Shown: positions 34,890 through 47,834 of the stretch, piece after piece
Numbering within the stretch: position 1 is the first letter of the stretch
How the letters are laid out: every line of letters begins with the position of its first letter
NCBI GenBank assembly: GCA_904063045.1
Contig: CAJFCJ010000005.1
Location: 3,997,689 to 4,061,688 of the forward strand
Direction of reading: 5' to 3'
Source of the DNA: Dimorphilus gyrociliatus
Taxonomy: Eukaryota > Animalia > Annelida
DNA length: 64,000 nt
Made by a program: the position numbers and the translations under genes
Notes under the pieces: model-generated
Told to the model about the DNA's origin: nothing
The model's input: the letters and a program-made list of their open reading frames with translations, nothing else
The model's database searches: none

Positions 34890-37708
34890 CGAATGAACAC
34901 AAAATAATCGATAAGATAATCGCGTCATTTCTTTAGATACAGATAAGAAAGAGCAAAGACAAGGAAATAACAAATGAGTAAAAGCAGGTTTCGTTGACGT
35001 TTTATGGCTTTTTTTGTAACTGCTAAGTTTAAAAGGTTTTTTTAGCGTCGTAGAACATTCACTTAGGCCCAGTTTTCCACTGCAATAATTAAACGTTAGT
35101 CTTAGCAGTCTTAGTAAAAATTTGATTAGGCGAAGTCTCTTTTTTTTGGTGAACACTACTATCTCAGTGGAGTTCATCATTGCCTTCGGCCGTTGGAAAG
35201 TCTTATTCAATTTATTCCTTTCAATAACAAAGTCATCCCTCTTATTAATTTATTTATGGGACTCCGTTTAGTTGAAGTTGGTCTAGTAACAAATTTTTCG
35301 AGCAGAATCTATTAATTTGATTAGAATTCTTCCATTAAGTTTATAAAACTCTCATATGGAAATTTCTTTTAGTATACTTCTTATACATTGATACGATATA
35401 TAGAAAAAGTATTAAATTGCCTTACTTTTCCTTCGGCAATGCTTTAATATCATACTATCAAGATACCAATCAGTTTTGTAAATCCCTTGATAAATTAGTC
35501 TTTCTTATTCACGCTTTCTTATTCGCTCTTTCTTCTCAATCACTATTATTAGGCATGGTTTGGGCCTGCCATTACATAACATTTTGAGGGTAATAAAGAC
35601 GTTTAACCCAATCTTTGCGCTTCGAAAAAAAATCGTTCTCTTCCATTCAATGTCAGTCACGTGGTGACGATTTGGGACCAGTTATCATAGATATTCTATA
35701 TTTCTTTATATTTCTTACAGAAAATATAGAAAATGGAAAGGGCAATATATGTAAAAGTCATATACGACAATTTACTCATGATTAAGAAAGAAGGCTAGAA
35801 GAGGAAGTAAATGAGGGTACAAAATAGAGAATGAGAGGCAGAAAGATAGAGAGTGAGAGGGGGAGAGAGAGAAAGAGAGAGAAAGTCCATCAATAAATTT
35901 TTGCATTTTCTCCGACACTTTACCAAATCGATAAAATATATTCATAGGCATTTATTCCATACCTACATATTTATAATTCATCTAAAGCAACATTTATGCT
36001 CCTACTTAATTATAGGTCTACATTTCTGAAATATTATGATGTAGTTACGTCAATAACGCCTAAAGTCAACTGAATACCCCGAAAGATTTCCAATGGTCAC
36101 AAATGGGGAATTAGAAATTCTACGTTGATACATTCAGTTGAGAGTCTTCTTAAAAAAAATCTATAGATGATTGATGCTCAGTTTTGTTCTTTATCATTTT
36201 TGCAGGATTTTTTGCTGTCTATATATAAATACTATTTATCTTTTTTATTATTATTATTTTAAGCTTTGAGAGAATAAACCAAAAATTCCAGGCGTAGTTT
36301 TATTCTACTATTTATTAGAGGTAAACACGAAAAGGCATTAAAGTGACTTTTATAGCACCTGTACATAACACAGCATTTCATTTTAATAATTATAAATATT
36401 AACGATACGAAAGAAGAAAAGGAAACATATGTTGAGTATGAACAAGCTATTAATTTCATTTGAATTATTAAAAATTCGCAGAGACGTCAAAAGAGATTGT
36501 TATATTTACGTAAACGTCAACGAAAAATAGTCGACAAACATTTTTTGATATATATTTATATACAAACTGTAAATATATATATATACTGTATATATTGACG
36601 TATTAAATATCAAGTAAATTTGAATTAAATATAGAACAAAATGACGAATGCCCCTCTCCAGCCAACGACATTCATTTTTTTTTAGACTAATCGCTCGACT
36701 TTGTCAATATTTTGCGATGACAAAAATTGCCTATGCAACTCTCACGGTATTTAATTCGTAAACAATCCTTGGTTTGTAAAGCAAACAGGGTGTTTGATAA
36801 AGGAAATTAGCGACCTTCTTAACATGAACCTAATTCTGCAACAGTCCACCACCCTCCCAACATTTCCTTCTCGCAACTCTTTCGCTAAGCAGAAGTTATC
36901 GAAACGTGAAGGAAGACCGCTGCGTCAGTGTCTCTTCATCATTCGTCATTTTTCCTTAACCTATTCTAGCGTAACGACTCCCTACTGTACATATATATAT
37001 ATATATGTGCTTTTATTAAAAAGTAAACTTTGGCTCATAAATACTATACAGTTCATACACAGTACGCATTTAGTACAATAGATATTGCCTATCAATAGCC
37101 ATCATTATACATTTATTAGGTATATAATGAGAAAATAGAGTAAAATGTTACTTATATTAAAAGTAAGGATACAAATGTATTTTTATATGAAGATGTTTAT
37201 ATCTTTGTATATTGTATATAATATTATTATCATAACAGAAACATCTTATAATTGATATCTACCAAACGTCTGTCGACTGTTGCTATTCCGGTCAAATAAC
37301 CAAAATTTTAATAAACTTTTGCTGATATTTCTCCTTTAATTTTCTTTTATTGAAAGAAATAACAAAAAACTAAAAAAGAAAAACCTGTAATATATTGCAA
37401 TATTTCAATCTATAATAAACATATATAAAACATATAAATGTATGCAGCAAGTGTATAGACTTATTTCTTTTTTATAATACAGTAGAATTGCTGTACGCAG
37501 AATATCTAGAGTATTTATTTATTAATTTAATATATTGCATATATAAATATGTAAATATCAAGTTTAGATACACAAATTTAACAATATATTGATTAAAATT
37601 AATAGTTACTCTTCAGTTTATCTTGTGTACACTAAATCTTCTTTTGTATCAAAAAACAAAAAAGAAAGAAAGAAAAAAGAAGAGCAATTTTCGTATGTTA
37701 ATTCATTT

Positions 37709-37742
<34 letters not shown>

Positions 37743-38140
37743 TTAGTTTCCCTCTATCTCTCTCTTTTATTTTGCAAGAATTCACCAAGTTTTAAGTATA
37801 TTGCACATATTTCTATCGAATCTTTCGTTGCCTAAGTCAGGTCTTTTTTCTCTTTTTTTAATTATTTTCCTTCAAAAATCTTGTTTGTATAGTAAAAGGA
37901 AAAGATAAAAGGAAGAAAAGAAAAGTAAATAAATAAAAATGTACGCAAGTTTTGATCAAGTTTAATGCAAGTTGGAAGTATAATAATAGACTATTCCAAC
38001 TTGTCAGAATCTTCAGTATAAGTTATATAGCAAAAAATGCAACAGTTAATTTGATCCAATACAAATTTTTTTGCGGATGAATAAATGTTTATCGTACAAA
38101 CTAACCTCTTGGTTTGTCATGGGAAATTTCCATCTTTTGT

Positions 38141-38940
38141 CTATACTGCAGCAGTTTGTACTAAACTTAACTTGGAGTTTGACTTCTCTCTTTCCCAAGT
38201 TTTTCCCTGTTCAGGTGAGTAAATCATAGCCAATTTTGTTTTCTGAGTAAATACAACTCCGACAACAATTAAAACTAAACATAGCGCAAGTCCGTAAGCT
38301 GCAATTGTATTCACCCATAATAGTTTATCCTTAGAAGTCTCTCTTAGTTCAGCACACTCATCTGGAAGTTGAACTCTTGAAGTTAATGATGAATAAGATG
38401 AATAAGCCGATATACAACAAACAAGTAAGGCTTCGCCAAATTCCTTGCCAATTCTCCCTATTAATTGTCTTCCATTAAATAAAGTCGGTGTTCTTAGAGA
38501 GTCTAAATACCATCAAATAGAATTACGATTATGCACATCATATTTTGAGAAGGGAAGAGAAAAGCATTTCTCATGATTATTCATCGTTAATTTAATTTAT
38601 CTAATCTCTAATCTTTAATATTTTTGTTAATTTTTAAGGTGCAAAATCATTATATCTTGCCTTGACGGTATTGAAAAGTATAAGGTTTTGTTATCCTAAC
38701 AGGAAGTGGCCAAGTTATGCTTATCGTTCCTGAAACCAAACGATTCAAAGTCGCTGACATGTTCACTCTCTCGCAATTATCCCCAAAGAAAAAGGGACGG
38801 TGGCAATGGCAGCGTTTCCTTAACCGGCTTTCCTTCGTATAATAGCAACTTCCGCCGTTTTCGCAGTAGCAGGAAAACGAGCCGTCTAACAAAATGAAAA
38901 TACAGAATAAGTATAAAGAAAACTGACCGTATTGAGACAT
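38141..38940 (-). CDS. Small type-I membrane protein: signal peptide, one EGF-like domain, a beta-rich (FN3-like) segment, TM helix and short tail (exons 38940-38661, 38502-38141)
   Basis: CYCENGGSCYY...CHCHRPFFFGDNCE has six-Cys EGF spacing; TM TIAAYGLALCLVLIVVGVVF. The two exons join in phase 1, most plausibly through a GC donor. Confidence 0.72.
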
Positions 38941-39663
38941 GATGGCCGAGTGTGGCACGTAGAAAAGAATAGACGCCTCTCAGCGACGTCTAGTGGTTAA
39001 TATTTTTAGATAAACTTCTTTTTCTCGCTCTGAAACAAAAGCACTACACCAGTTTCAATTTACGAAGAAGAGATTAGCGCTAATATCAAATACACTTAAA
39101 GGTTCTTACCGCTCGTAAAGGCCTGTACATAAACAATGGAGGATAATCATTATTCTACTTTTCTCTAAGAATTATTGAATTAAAGAAAAGAGATTTCTTC
39201 TATTTCTGTATATATGAATGCAGTATATAAGCGTAATAGATGATGGAAGAGAAAAGAATAAAATGTTATCCGAACATTTTTCATCTTTAATATACGTAAA
39301 AAAAGATATCAAATTCCATCAAATGGATCCTTCATCTATATAAAGTAAACTTTCCCGATTCTATTTACTATTTCCATTAAACATGGTTTGGTCCTTAATC
39401 TCGAACCTGAAGACTATATTACCAAAAACTATTTCTCCCTCCATTACATTCTTGTATACTCGTGATAAAAACGAGGAACAGAAACAAAAATATCTAAATA
39501 TATAGCCAACAATCGATTAGTTTTAATATTAACAAACTATAATACAAATTAATATTTAGTATACTGTATATATATACAAGTTAATATATACATTTCGGTC
39601 ATATTCATAATATATTCATATATTTACAAAAGAGAATATGGCAAACATTTTACGATTTACAGT

Positions 39664-41304
39664 CTAAAAGAAGAACGCTTTAGTTAAAGTGAAGTAGGGA
39701 GCTGGAGTTTGTTTGTAATATCCATTTTCGAATGGAGCGTTAACTTTGCCTATTTCCCGATTGACGTTTGTTAAAATTTGTAGAACGTCATGTCTATAAG
39801 GAAAGACATAAAGAAAAATAAGTAATAAGTTAATAAATAATATTTTATTATTGTGATTGTGGGTTCTTACTTGTCGTAATTTCTTGCTATTTGCACACAA
39901 AGCTGCTTAATATACCAACTACCTTCGGATCTACTTCTAAAACTTTTTAAGCCAGGGACGGTTGAATATCCTATTAGGATATCAGCCATATCACTCACAA
40001 TATTATCTTCAACTCCGTCTGATTCAATATTTCTTCTCCTTACAAAAAGCGCCGTCTCGCCTTCTGTTTGGCAAGCCTGGATGAAGAATAATTTTGGTTT
40101 GCCAGATAAACTAGGACATTTGGAAGCACCGAAAAAGTTTGGAATTTTCATTATTTCGAGCTTTCTGCGGTCTCTTCCGAATACGTGACCAGTTGTTCCA
40201 TGGGATAGAACAAAACATACCAGACAACTGAAATTGGAATGATTCTCGGATGCTATATTTCCTAATACCTTCTCCATTTCGGATGCTGTCAGATCCCTGA
40301 AGAGCTTTATTGCATAATTTAATTTAGTAAATACTCTTTGTATATTCCTTATATCTTCCTCAGCTCCATTTCTAACAGGTAAACAATCGTTCAGGAATTT
40401 TGCGTTGTTAATAATTATACAATAGCCTTTAGGCTTAGTATCAATTGTATAAGATTCTCTTTCAATGTTGAGTGTTAATTTACTGTGAAAGAAGTAATAT
40501 AATTAATATTAATAATATATCTGTATATATTTACAATATGTATATATATATATATTATATAGAGTATACTGTATAATATTATACTAATATATTCGTACAA
40601 CTAAACGTCTACAAAATAATAGGAAAGTACCTTGGAATATTTATTTTCTTTCCGGAGTCAGTTTCGAAATCACTTTGCCCCAAAATCTGTCCATTAATGG
40701 ACTCGTATTCTTCTATTAATTTCTCCAAATAACCACAATCGGATAGAATCTCACCAAAGGCTGCTTTTAAGAACTTAATATCATTCTCTGTGATGAGGCC
40801 CTCCTCCTCGAGTAACATTAATAATTGCTGCGATGTCTCTGCTTCGTCTAATTTTCCTCTAGACGTACAACCGCTCATTTCAACATATGATTTAAGGTTC
40901 TTAAAATCGTCACTTTTTATCTCTTCAGACAGCTTATGCAATAGTAATCTATAATTGCTAAGGGTGGATCGCTTCGTCTTTAAACCATCCATCACTTGCC
41001 TGGAGGATATATTTAGGTGCCTTAGTAAATCCCTTCTCCCAATATAATAAAGACATTCCTGCAAGCAATCCATGTTCCCAGTTGTTAAATCTATTTTATT
41101 ATTGTCAATTAGTAAAGTCATAATTTCCGATCCTCGATCAGTTTTCTCTAATTTTGAAGATGATACTAAATCTTTAAGTAAAAATTTTAATGAATTTATA
41201 TCTCTTATCTTCAATTCTGCAGATATTTTATAAAGTTTATGTATCCATTCAACTTCATGTTGTTGGTGTGAATCTGGATTGCCAACGCAGTCGCTTTCCA
41301 ACAT
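39664..41304 (-). CDS. Caspase-8-like initiator caspase: two DED-like domains plus a caspase domain, 3 exons
   Basis: Tandem death-effector-like segments (LKFLLKD...YYIGRRDLL; YRLLLHKLSEEI); PKGYCIIINN; VLSHG; KPKLFFIQACQ; GSWYIKQLC; KQTP in the last exon. Confidence 0.88.
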
Positions 41305-42911
41305 TTTACAGAGTATTTAATTGTTTTATTCAGATAAATATGCCTATCATATGAAAAAATCGAAAAAAGTAGACTCTTATGTCTCTTTTCTTGTTTTACT
41401 AAAAGGTGAAATCCCCTTCTCCTTTTATTAGTAATTGAAAACAGTCACTATAGACAGTTGAAGATTCGTAACTATTCCTCGATAGTTCAACCATGAACAA
41501 AAAAAGACTACATCAAATAATTAACGTATTCTTTCTGATTACTTTTCAATTCCTTTGTTTTTAAATGAAGAATACTTTCGTTTCCATCAAAAAAAACACT
41601 TTAGAAAAATAGAACAACAAAAGATACCTGTCCCACAAAATATTAATATAATCAGGTAACGAGGAATTTATATACCAGTTTTTATTTCCCGCAGAATATT
41701 TGTTTTTCTTTTATTTATGTAGACGTTATTAAAATTTAGTACTTATACCTTAGCGAGTGAGATGAGAAAAAGAAGTTTTTATTCGATTGAAAGAATGGTA
41801 ATCTAGAAATATAATTAACTATTATTTGTTATTTATTTGTAACATTAAAGAAGAAGAAATATTTCAAGCAAGAATCAATTAACATTATCACTACATCTCT
41901 TATCAATTTGTACTAAATTAGTTTATTTTATACATATTTTACTACAGAATCTTATCAAGCTGTATGTCGTATAAAAGGCGTAAGCGATAAAATTTGCTGC
42001 CGCAGCCAAACTGTAAACCATGTAGTTAAATTACTTTCTAATCAAGTAAACACAAAAAGGAGAGAAATCTATAGTTGTTAAATGTTAAGATACTTTACAT
42101 ATATATATATATATATGTGTGTGTGTATCATGAAATTTATTTTATTTTCGCTTCTTCTCCAAAGGATTACTGTTGAATAATTAAAGAAATTTAACAGATA
42201 GAACTGTTCTTCTTTCAAAAATATACTGAATCTCTTATGAGTCTAATACCTTATAATGCTACAGAGCTTTTGGTTTGTCTTCAAGGTAGCCTTGTGCTGA
42301 ATAACTTTATTACATGCAATTAATTAATTTCCAAGGTAAAAGTAGAGAATACATTAAATTATAAGATAATTAGGTCATTCTTAAAATCTAAAGGGAAAAT
42401 AAATTATTAAGAATCTATAAAATAATTTCTGGTCATTTCCAACCAATATAAAAGTCTATAAAGAGAGTAGTTGTATCTAAATAGGTGTGTATAAAAAGAA
42501 ACATTTGCCTAATGTTTATAAATAATCGAATCTTTTATTTCTATACAAAATTTACACTGATACAAATAAAAAGAAACTTATTGTTGACAAACGAGGACGG
42601 CCCATACCTTAGCAGGAAATATTAAATAAAATAAAAAAAGAAAAAAAACAAGAGCCATAGAATTGAATATTTTAAATCTTCGTTTTGTAAATATGAAAAC
42701 TATACAATTGTCTAAAAATTCGGACGAAATCAAGTACTTTTTTGTAGTTAATTACAAAAAAGTACAATAACAAATGAGAAAAAATAAATAAAAGTATACA
42801 CGAACAAAATACACTTGTCATTAATAGTTTGTCCTCTTTTTCTCTTTTTAATTTTCAGAAACAAATGAGGGAATCAATTTTTAAGAAAAATAAAATTATT
42901 ACAATTACGGA

Positions 42912-45082
42912 TTAGGACTCTTGCGGGTCAGATTGCTCTTTTTCTGCCTCTCCAGCTGGCTAAAAAAGAACAGAAAGTTCAAGGTTAATAGGTTTATAAA
43001 ATTATTTAATAAGAGGTAAAGAAGGTTAGAAATTATTAACGCTAATGCTAACCTTGTTCTCTGGACTGAGTATGGGAATAGGCGTTCTAAAAGAGTCTGT
43101 TCGCTGTGGAACAGGTGAATAGTAAGTCGTTCCTCCACGAACTCGTTCTTTAGGTGGAGCAGCGTAATATGTAGTTCCCCTATGAACAGTTCCTAGTTCG
43201 CCGCTATCTGGTGGCTATAAGGATGGGAAATTTTAAAAACATGCATTTTCATGATATATAGAAACTATCACTTACCTCGGTCTGAGGCAAAACGGTTGGT
43301 TGAACGGTGTTAGTATAAGGTATTATGTTTTGACCATGAGGAGGAAGAACATAGGGCGAGTGCTGAATTGGTAAATTTGGTACCGGCACCAAAATAGGTG
43401 GGTGAGCAGTGCCCGGAGCAGCCGAAGGAGCTGGATGAATACCCCGATCAAGAAAACCTGTAGCAACCGGCGGAGTGTTCACTTGATTATAAAATATTTG
43501 CTGCTGCTGCTGCTGCTGCTGCTGTTTTTGTATCAATTGTCGCTGGTGCCTAGGAGCCAAGTTAGGAACATACTGACTCGCATTACTTCCTTTCGATTTA
43601 GCTCCTGATCCATTCTCCACCTTGTCATTCTCTTGGACTGTATCTTTATCAGCTTCCTGTTCTGCAGAAGATCCTTTATCGTCTTTTTTCAGTCTCTGTC
43701 TTGTGTATCGTTTAGCTTTTGATTTAGTTTTGACAGAATTAGTTTCAGATTCCTCTTCAAGTTTTACAGTTTGCTGTTGGTGATTGTGGTCACCTCTATT
43801 ATTCAACCTCTCAGGCTCAAAATTACTATTCTTATTTTCTCTTTTAGATTTGGAAACTTCTTCATCTTTCTGCTTATAGTAATACTTCGACTTCGAACTT
43901 GTTCTATAATTGCTATCATTCTCTTCCCTGAACGAATTCCATTCTCCTTGATAGGATCTAGGTCGACGATTCGGTTGCCTATTATTAGATTGATGATTTC
44001 CCTTACCCCTACCCCTACCCCTGCCGCGACCCCTTCCTCTTCCCCTTGGTTGAAATTCGTCGTATGTATAACTATCTTCTCCTCCATACCAATAACGATT
44101 ATTATTTCTCCGGCTATTGCTTGTTCCTGGTCGATCATTGCCTAAAAATTAAAATTCAATGATAGTATAAAAATGACATATTTTAAATTATTTTTTCTTA
44201 TTTCTCTTGATAATAGGATTTTTCTTGATCACTATGAAATTATGTAACCTAAGAGTTTTCTTTAAATAATTTAAAACAAAATTACCTCCTCTAAATCTTC
44301 CCCTGGGAATAAAATCGCCAAGACTCCTGTTCGAAGGCTTTTTTGTATCTGCGCTTTCCCTACCGTTACTTGAAGCAGGTGGTGAAGGGGGTGGTTCATT
44401 ATTAGATCGAATGTCATAACCGTACTTAGCAATTATTTGTGTTCTTGATTTCGGAGCTTGTTCATCCTCTCTAAATCTGTCATGTTCCCATTTCGTCTTA
44501 CCTATCCACAATTGCCCTTTTTCTTTGGCCCGTTTTTCACCCTCCTCTTTATCGTCTTCCTCAACTTCCTCATCTTTCCTATCGTCATGCTCGTAAAAAT
44601 AACCAGTTCTAGGTATATATGCTGGATTCTTTTTATCCTCATCATCGTCTAGTTTGGCCGAAGACTCAGGTTCTTCTTCACCATCACCACTCTGCCGCTC
44701 TTCATTAACGACTTCCTCATCCTCATCAGTAAATTCCGCCGAATACTCATCGGCTGTTTCCTCCTATTCAGAACAAAAACTTAACCTTCTACAAAGAAAA
44801 AAATGCAACAAACCTCTAATGTTTCATATTCAGAATCAGAAGATTTGCCTCCACTCTCGGCATCAGATTTCTATCAAAAAAGAAGAATAATTAGCAACAA
44901 AATTAAAGAACCCAGCGAAAACTGGTCGTAATCGCTCATGATATAAAGCGTTTCCCTAGATAATCCATACTTACTTCAGATTCGGACAACCTTTTTTCTT
45001 TGTTTTCTGAAACTACATCAGACTCTTTCTCAAATTCTTCTTTGGCCTTTGGATTCCTTCTTTTCCGCAAACGAGACGACAT
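42912..45082 (-). CDS. CASC3: CASC3/Barentsz (MLN51) exon-junction-complex subunit, multi-exon
   Basis: Btz/SELOR motif DDDEDKKNPAYIPRTGYFYEHD...KWEHDRFREDEQAPKSRTQIIAKYGYDIR; RS/RG-rich and polyQ regions; GGTTYY motif. Confidence 0.9.
43500..43525 (-). repeat. (CAG)n tract encoding polyglutamine in CASC3
   Basis: ctgctgctgc... on the plus strand; QKQQQQQQQQQ in the protein. Confidence 0.9.
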
Positions 45083-45457
45083 TGTTATTTGCTTCCGGTG
45101 CCTTCCCAGTTCACTTCCGGTAGCCAAGAGCGCGAAAATTTTAAATACGAACTTTACGCCAAAAAATGTTTACATAATATAATACTATAGAACGTTCAGG
45201 ACTTTTAGGTCATTTATAAAGGTCGTCTAAAGCATAAACAAGGTAATTTACATTTTTAATAGTTTATTCAGAAGGTGCGTTTAATACGAGACAGATTATT
45301 AGATAACAAGTACGAAGCACACTGACATCAAACCATTAATATAATTCATATATTGTATTGTACGAATCTATCATTATTACTGACTACTCTATGAGAAATA
45401 TATCAGATGCTATTCAAATTAGTTATTAAAGTTCGACAGAAATGCTTAAGAGAACAA

Positions 45458-47464
45458 TTACATTTTGTTGATACGCTCCTGCATTTTCTTTATCTCTTCA
45501 CATATCTCTTTAGGTAAATCATCCCCAACCTCTCTGTCTAAGAAAGCTTTCGTTTCTTCAATATCCGATTTCCAATAATCCTTGGGCAAAGAGAATAGTT
45601 CGTCCCATTTCACCTTATCTTCAATTCCAGAAAGGTCAATAGATCCTTTTGTTGGAAGATAACCGATGGCAGATTCAACAGCCACATCTTTGTCTTCAAC
45701 TCTCTTACAAACCCAATCCAATACACGGATGTTATCACCAAAGCCAGGCCAAAGGAAATGACCATCCGCACCGGTTCTAAACCAGTTAACATGGAAAATT
45801 TTGGGCAATTTAAGACCAGATTGTCTTCCAAATTGTAGCCAATGATCTAAGTATTCTCCAAAATTGTAACCCATAAATGGTCTCATAGCCATAGGATCAT
45901 GCATGATCTTTTTTCCATGAAATTCCGCAGCAGCAGTTGCTTCGGATTTACAAGCAGCTCCAACGAGGACACCATGGTTCCAACCGTATGATTCAAAAAC
46001 CAACGGGACACCCTCTGGTCTTCTGCCGCCAAACAAGATAGCATCGATTGGTACACCTTCAGGATCTTCCCATTTTGGATGAATGATTGGACATTGAGCA
46101 GCAGGAGAGCAAAATCTGGCATTGGGATGAGCTGCCTTGCCTTCTTCTCCAATTTTCCATCTCTTTCCCAACCAGGTTGTAATGCCAATATTCTTGTCTT
46201 CAACCTCATCTTCGAGTCCTTCCCAATAGTAAGATCCATCGTCCGTCTTTGCAACATTTGTGAAAATCGAATTCTTCTGGAAAGAAGCCATAGCATTTGG
46301 ATTAGTCTTCCAGTTTGTTCCTGGAGCAACTCCAAAGAAACCAGCTTCTGGGTTGATAGCTCGCAATTCTCCCTTTTCGTTGAATCTCATCCAGGCAATA
46401 TCATCTCCTACGCATCTAACTTTCCAGCCAGGTAAAGTTGACTCCAGCATAGCCAAATTTGTTTTGCCGCACGCAGAGGGAAAAGCTGCAGCGATGTAAT
46501 GTTCTTTACCACCTGGCTTTGTGATACCCATGATAAGCATGTGCTCAGCCATCCATCCTTCATCTCTAGCAATAGCATTCGCAATACGAAGAGCAAAACA
46601 CTTCTTTCCCAAAAGAGAATTACCACCATATCCAGATCCAAAGGATTTCACTTTTCTCTCTTCAGGAAAATGGGCAATGAAAATTCTTTCAGGGTTGCAT
46701 GGCCAGTGGTTGACCACCTTCTTTCTCCATGGGCGAGGGCATCCCATGGAGTGAATACATTTCACGAAATCTCCGTCTCCAAGAACTTCCCAAATTTTGG
46801 AAGTAACGCGGGTCATAACACGCATGCAGAGCAATACATAGTTAGAATCAGTAATTTCAATACCAATTTTCGACAAGGGAGATCCAACTGGCCCCATAGA
46901 AAAAGGTATAACGTACATCATTCTGCCTGCCATACAACCAGGAAATCTCGACTGTAGTTCTTTTTGACAGTCTTCGGGCGAGATCCATTGTCCGAGACCT
47001 CCTTTAGCGTCACCGTGACATCTTGGTACAGTTTTATGTTTTTCTTTCGTGCAAATCCATGTTTTACTCTCCACACGGGCGACATCTGCCGGATCGGTAC
47101 GGCACACGTAGCAGTTTTCATACTTCTCCAATTGCTCTAATGTTCCTCTTTCTTCGAGCTTGTGAATTATCTCTGTTGCTTCTTCGTTTGAACCATCACA
47201 TATAAAGATACCGCGAGGCTTCAGATAATCAGCCTATATAAAAAACAAAAACAGAAATAATTTTTTTTTGAAACTTAGTATTGTAACATTAAAATTTGAT
47301 AAAATCTCCTATTAGCTTACATAAAACGCAATAAACTTCTTCGCTTTGGTGGGAAGAGCATGGAAATCTCCTTTAGCAATAGGAATATGGCCCAAATGCG
47401 GTACGATGATTTCATGAACTTCAGTGTATTTAATTTCAGGTTCGACGTCTAGTTCTCGACTCAT
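45458..47464 (-). CDS. PCK: Phosphoenolpyruvate carboxykinase (GTP-dependent), two exons
   Basis: SFGSGYGGNSLLGKKCFALRIA, WMAEHM, AFPSACGKTNLAM, CVGDDIAW, INPEAGFFGVAPGT, HDPMAMRPF, NWFR...FLWPGFGDN. Confidence 0.97.
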
Positions 47465-47834
47465 GGCTGCAAATTTTATTCCGAAAGGCAAGACAATGCA
47501 AATCTCTGGCAAGAGCAGATACTTTCACACCAAGCTCGGATTTAAGAGTGAAGAGCAGTAAGGGTGACCTACAGTCGTCTCGTTCGAGATATAACCTTGG
47601 AAGGTTGTAGACTGGTTTTTAAAATACCCTTAATATTGTTTCATGCAACTGCATATCGTTTATAATATCCATATTTATTAGAAAAAATTTTCTTAATAAA
47701 GAATAAAAAGAAAAATATTTTCTGATTTTAAAATCCCTAAATGAATCAGGTTACCAGTTTATATCCTGGCAGCCATCTTGCGTGAAAATGAGTGTGTTGA
47801 TAGAATGAGCGGATTTGTAAATTATCCAATAAAA
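47465..47834. promoter_or_regulatory. Compact head-to-head region between PCK and strawberry notch, with a YY1-like motif (CAAGATGGCTGCC on the minus strand, 47768-47780)
   Basis: The two ATGs are 370 bp apart on opposite strands; the motif is read directly. Confidence 0.5.

Noticed and set aside
34797-35210. 137-aa minus-strand ORF
   Set aside because: TTG start, no recognisable motif or splice support, and it runs through a GA microsatellite (REREREID).
45610-47205. Numerous alternative-frame and antisense ORFs inside PCK, and similar ones in SBNO, BZW, RBL and CASC3
   Set aside because: These are expected shadows of long, more GC-rich coding exons; none has independent motifs.
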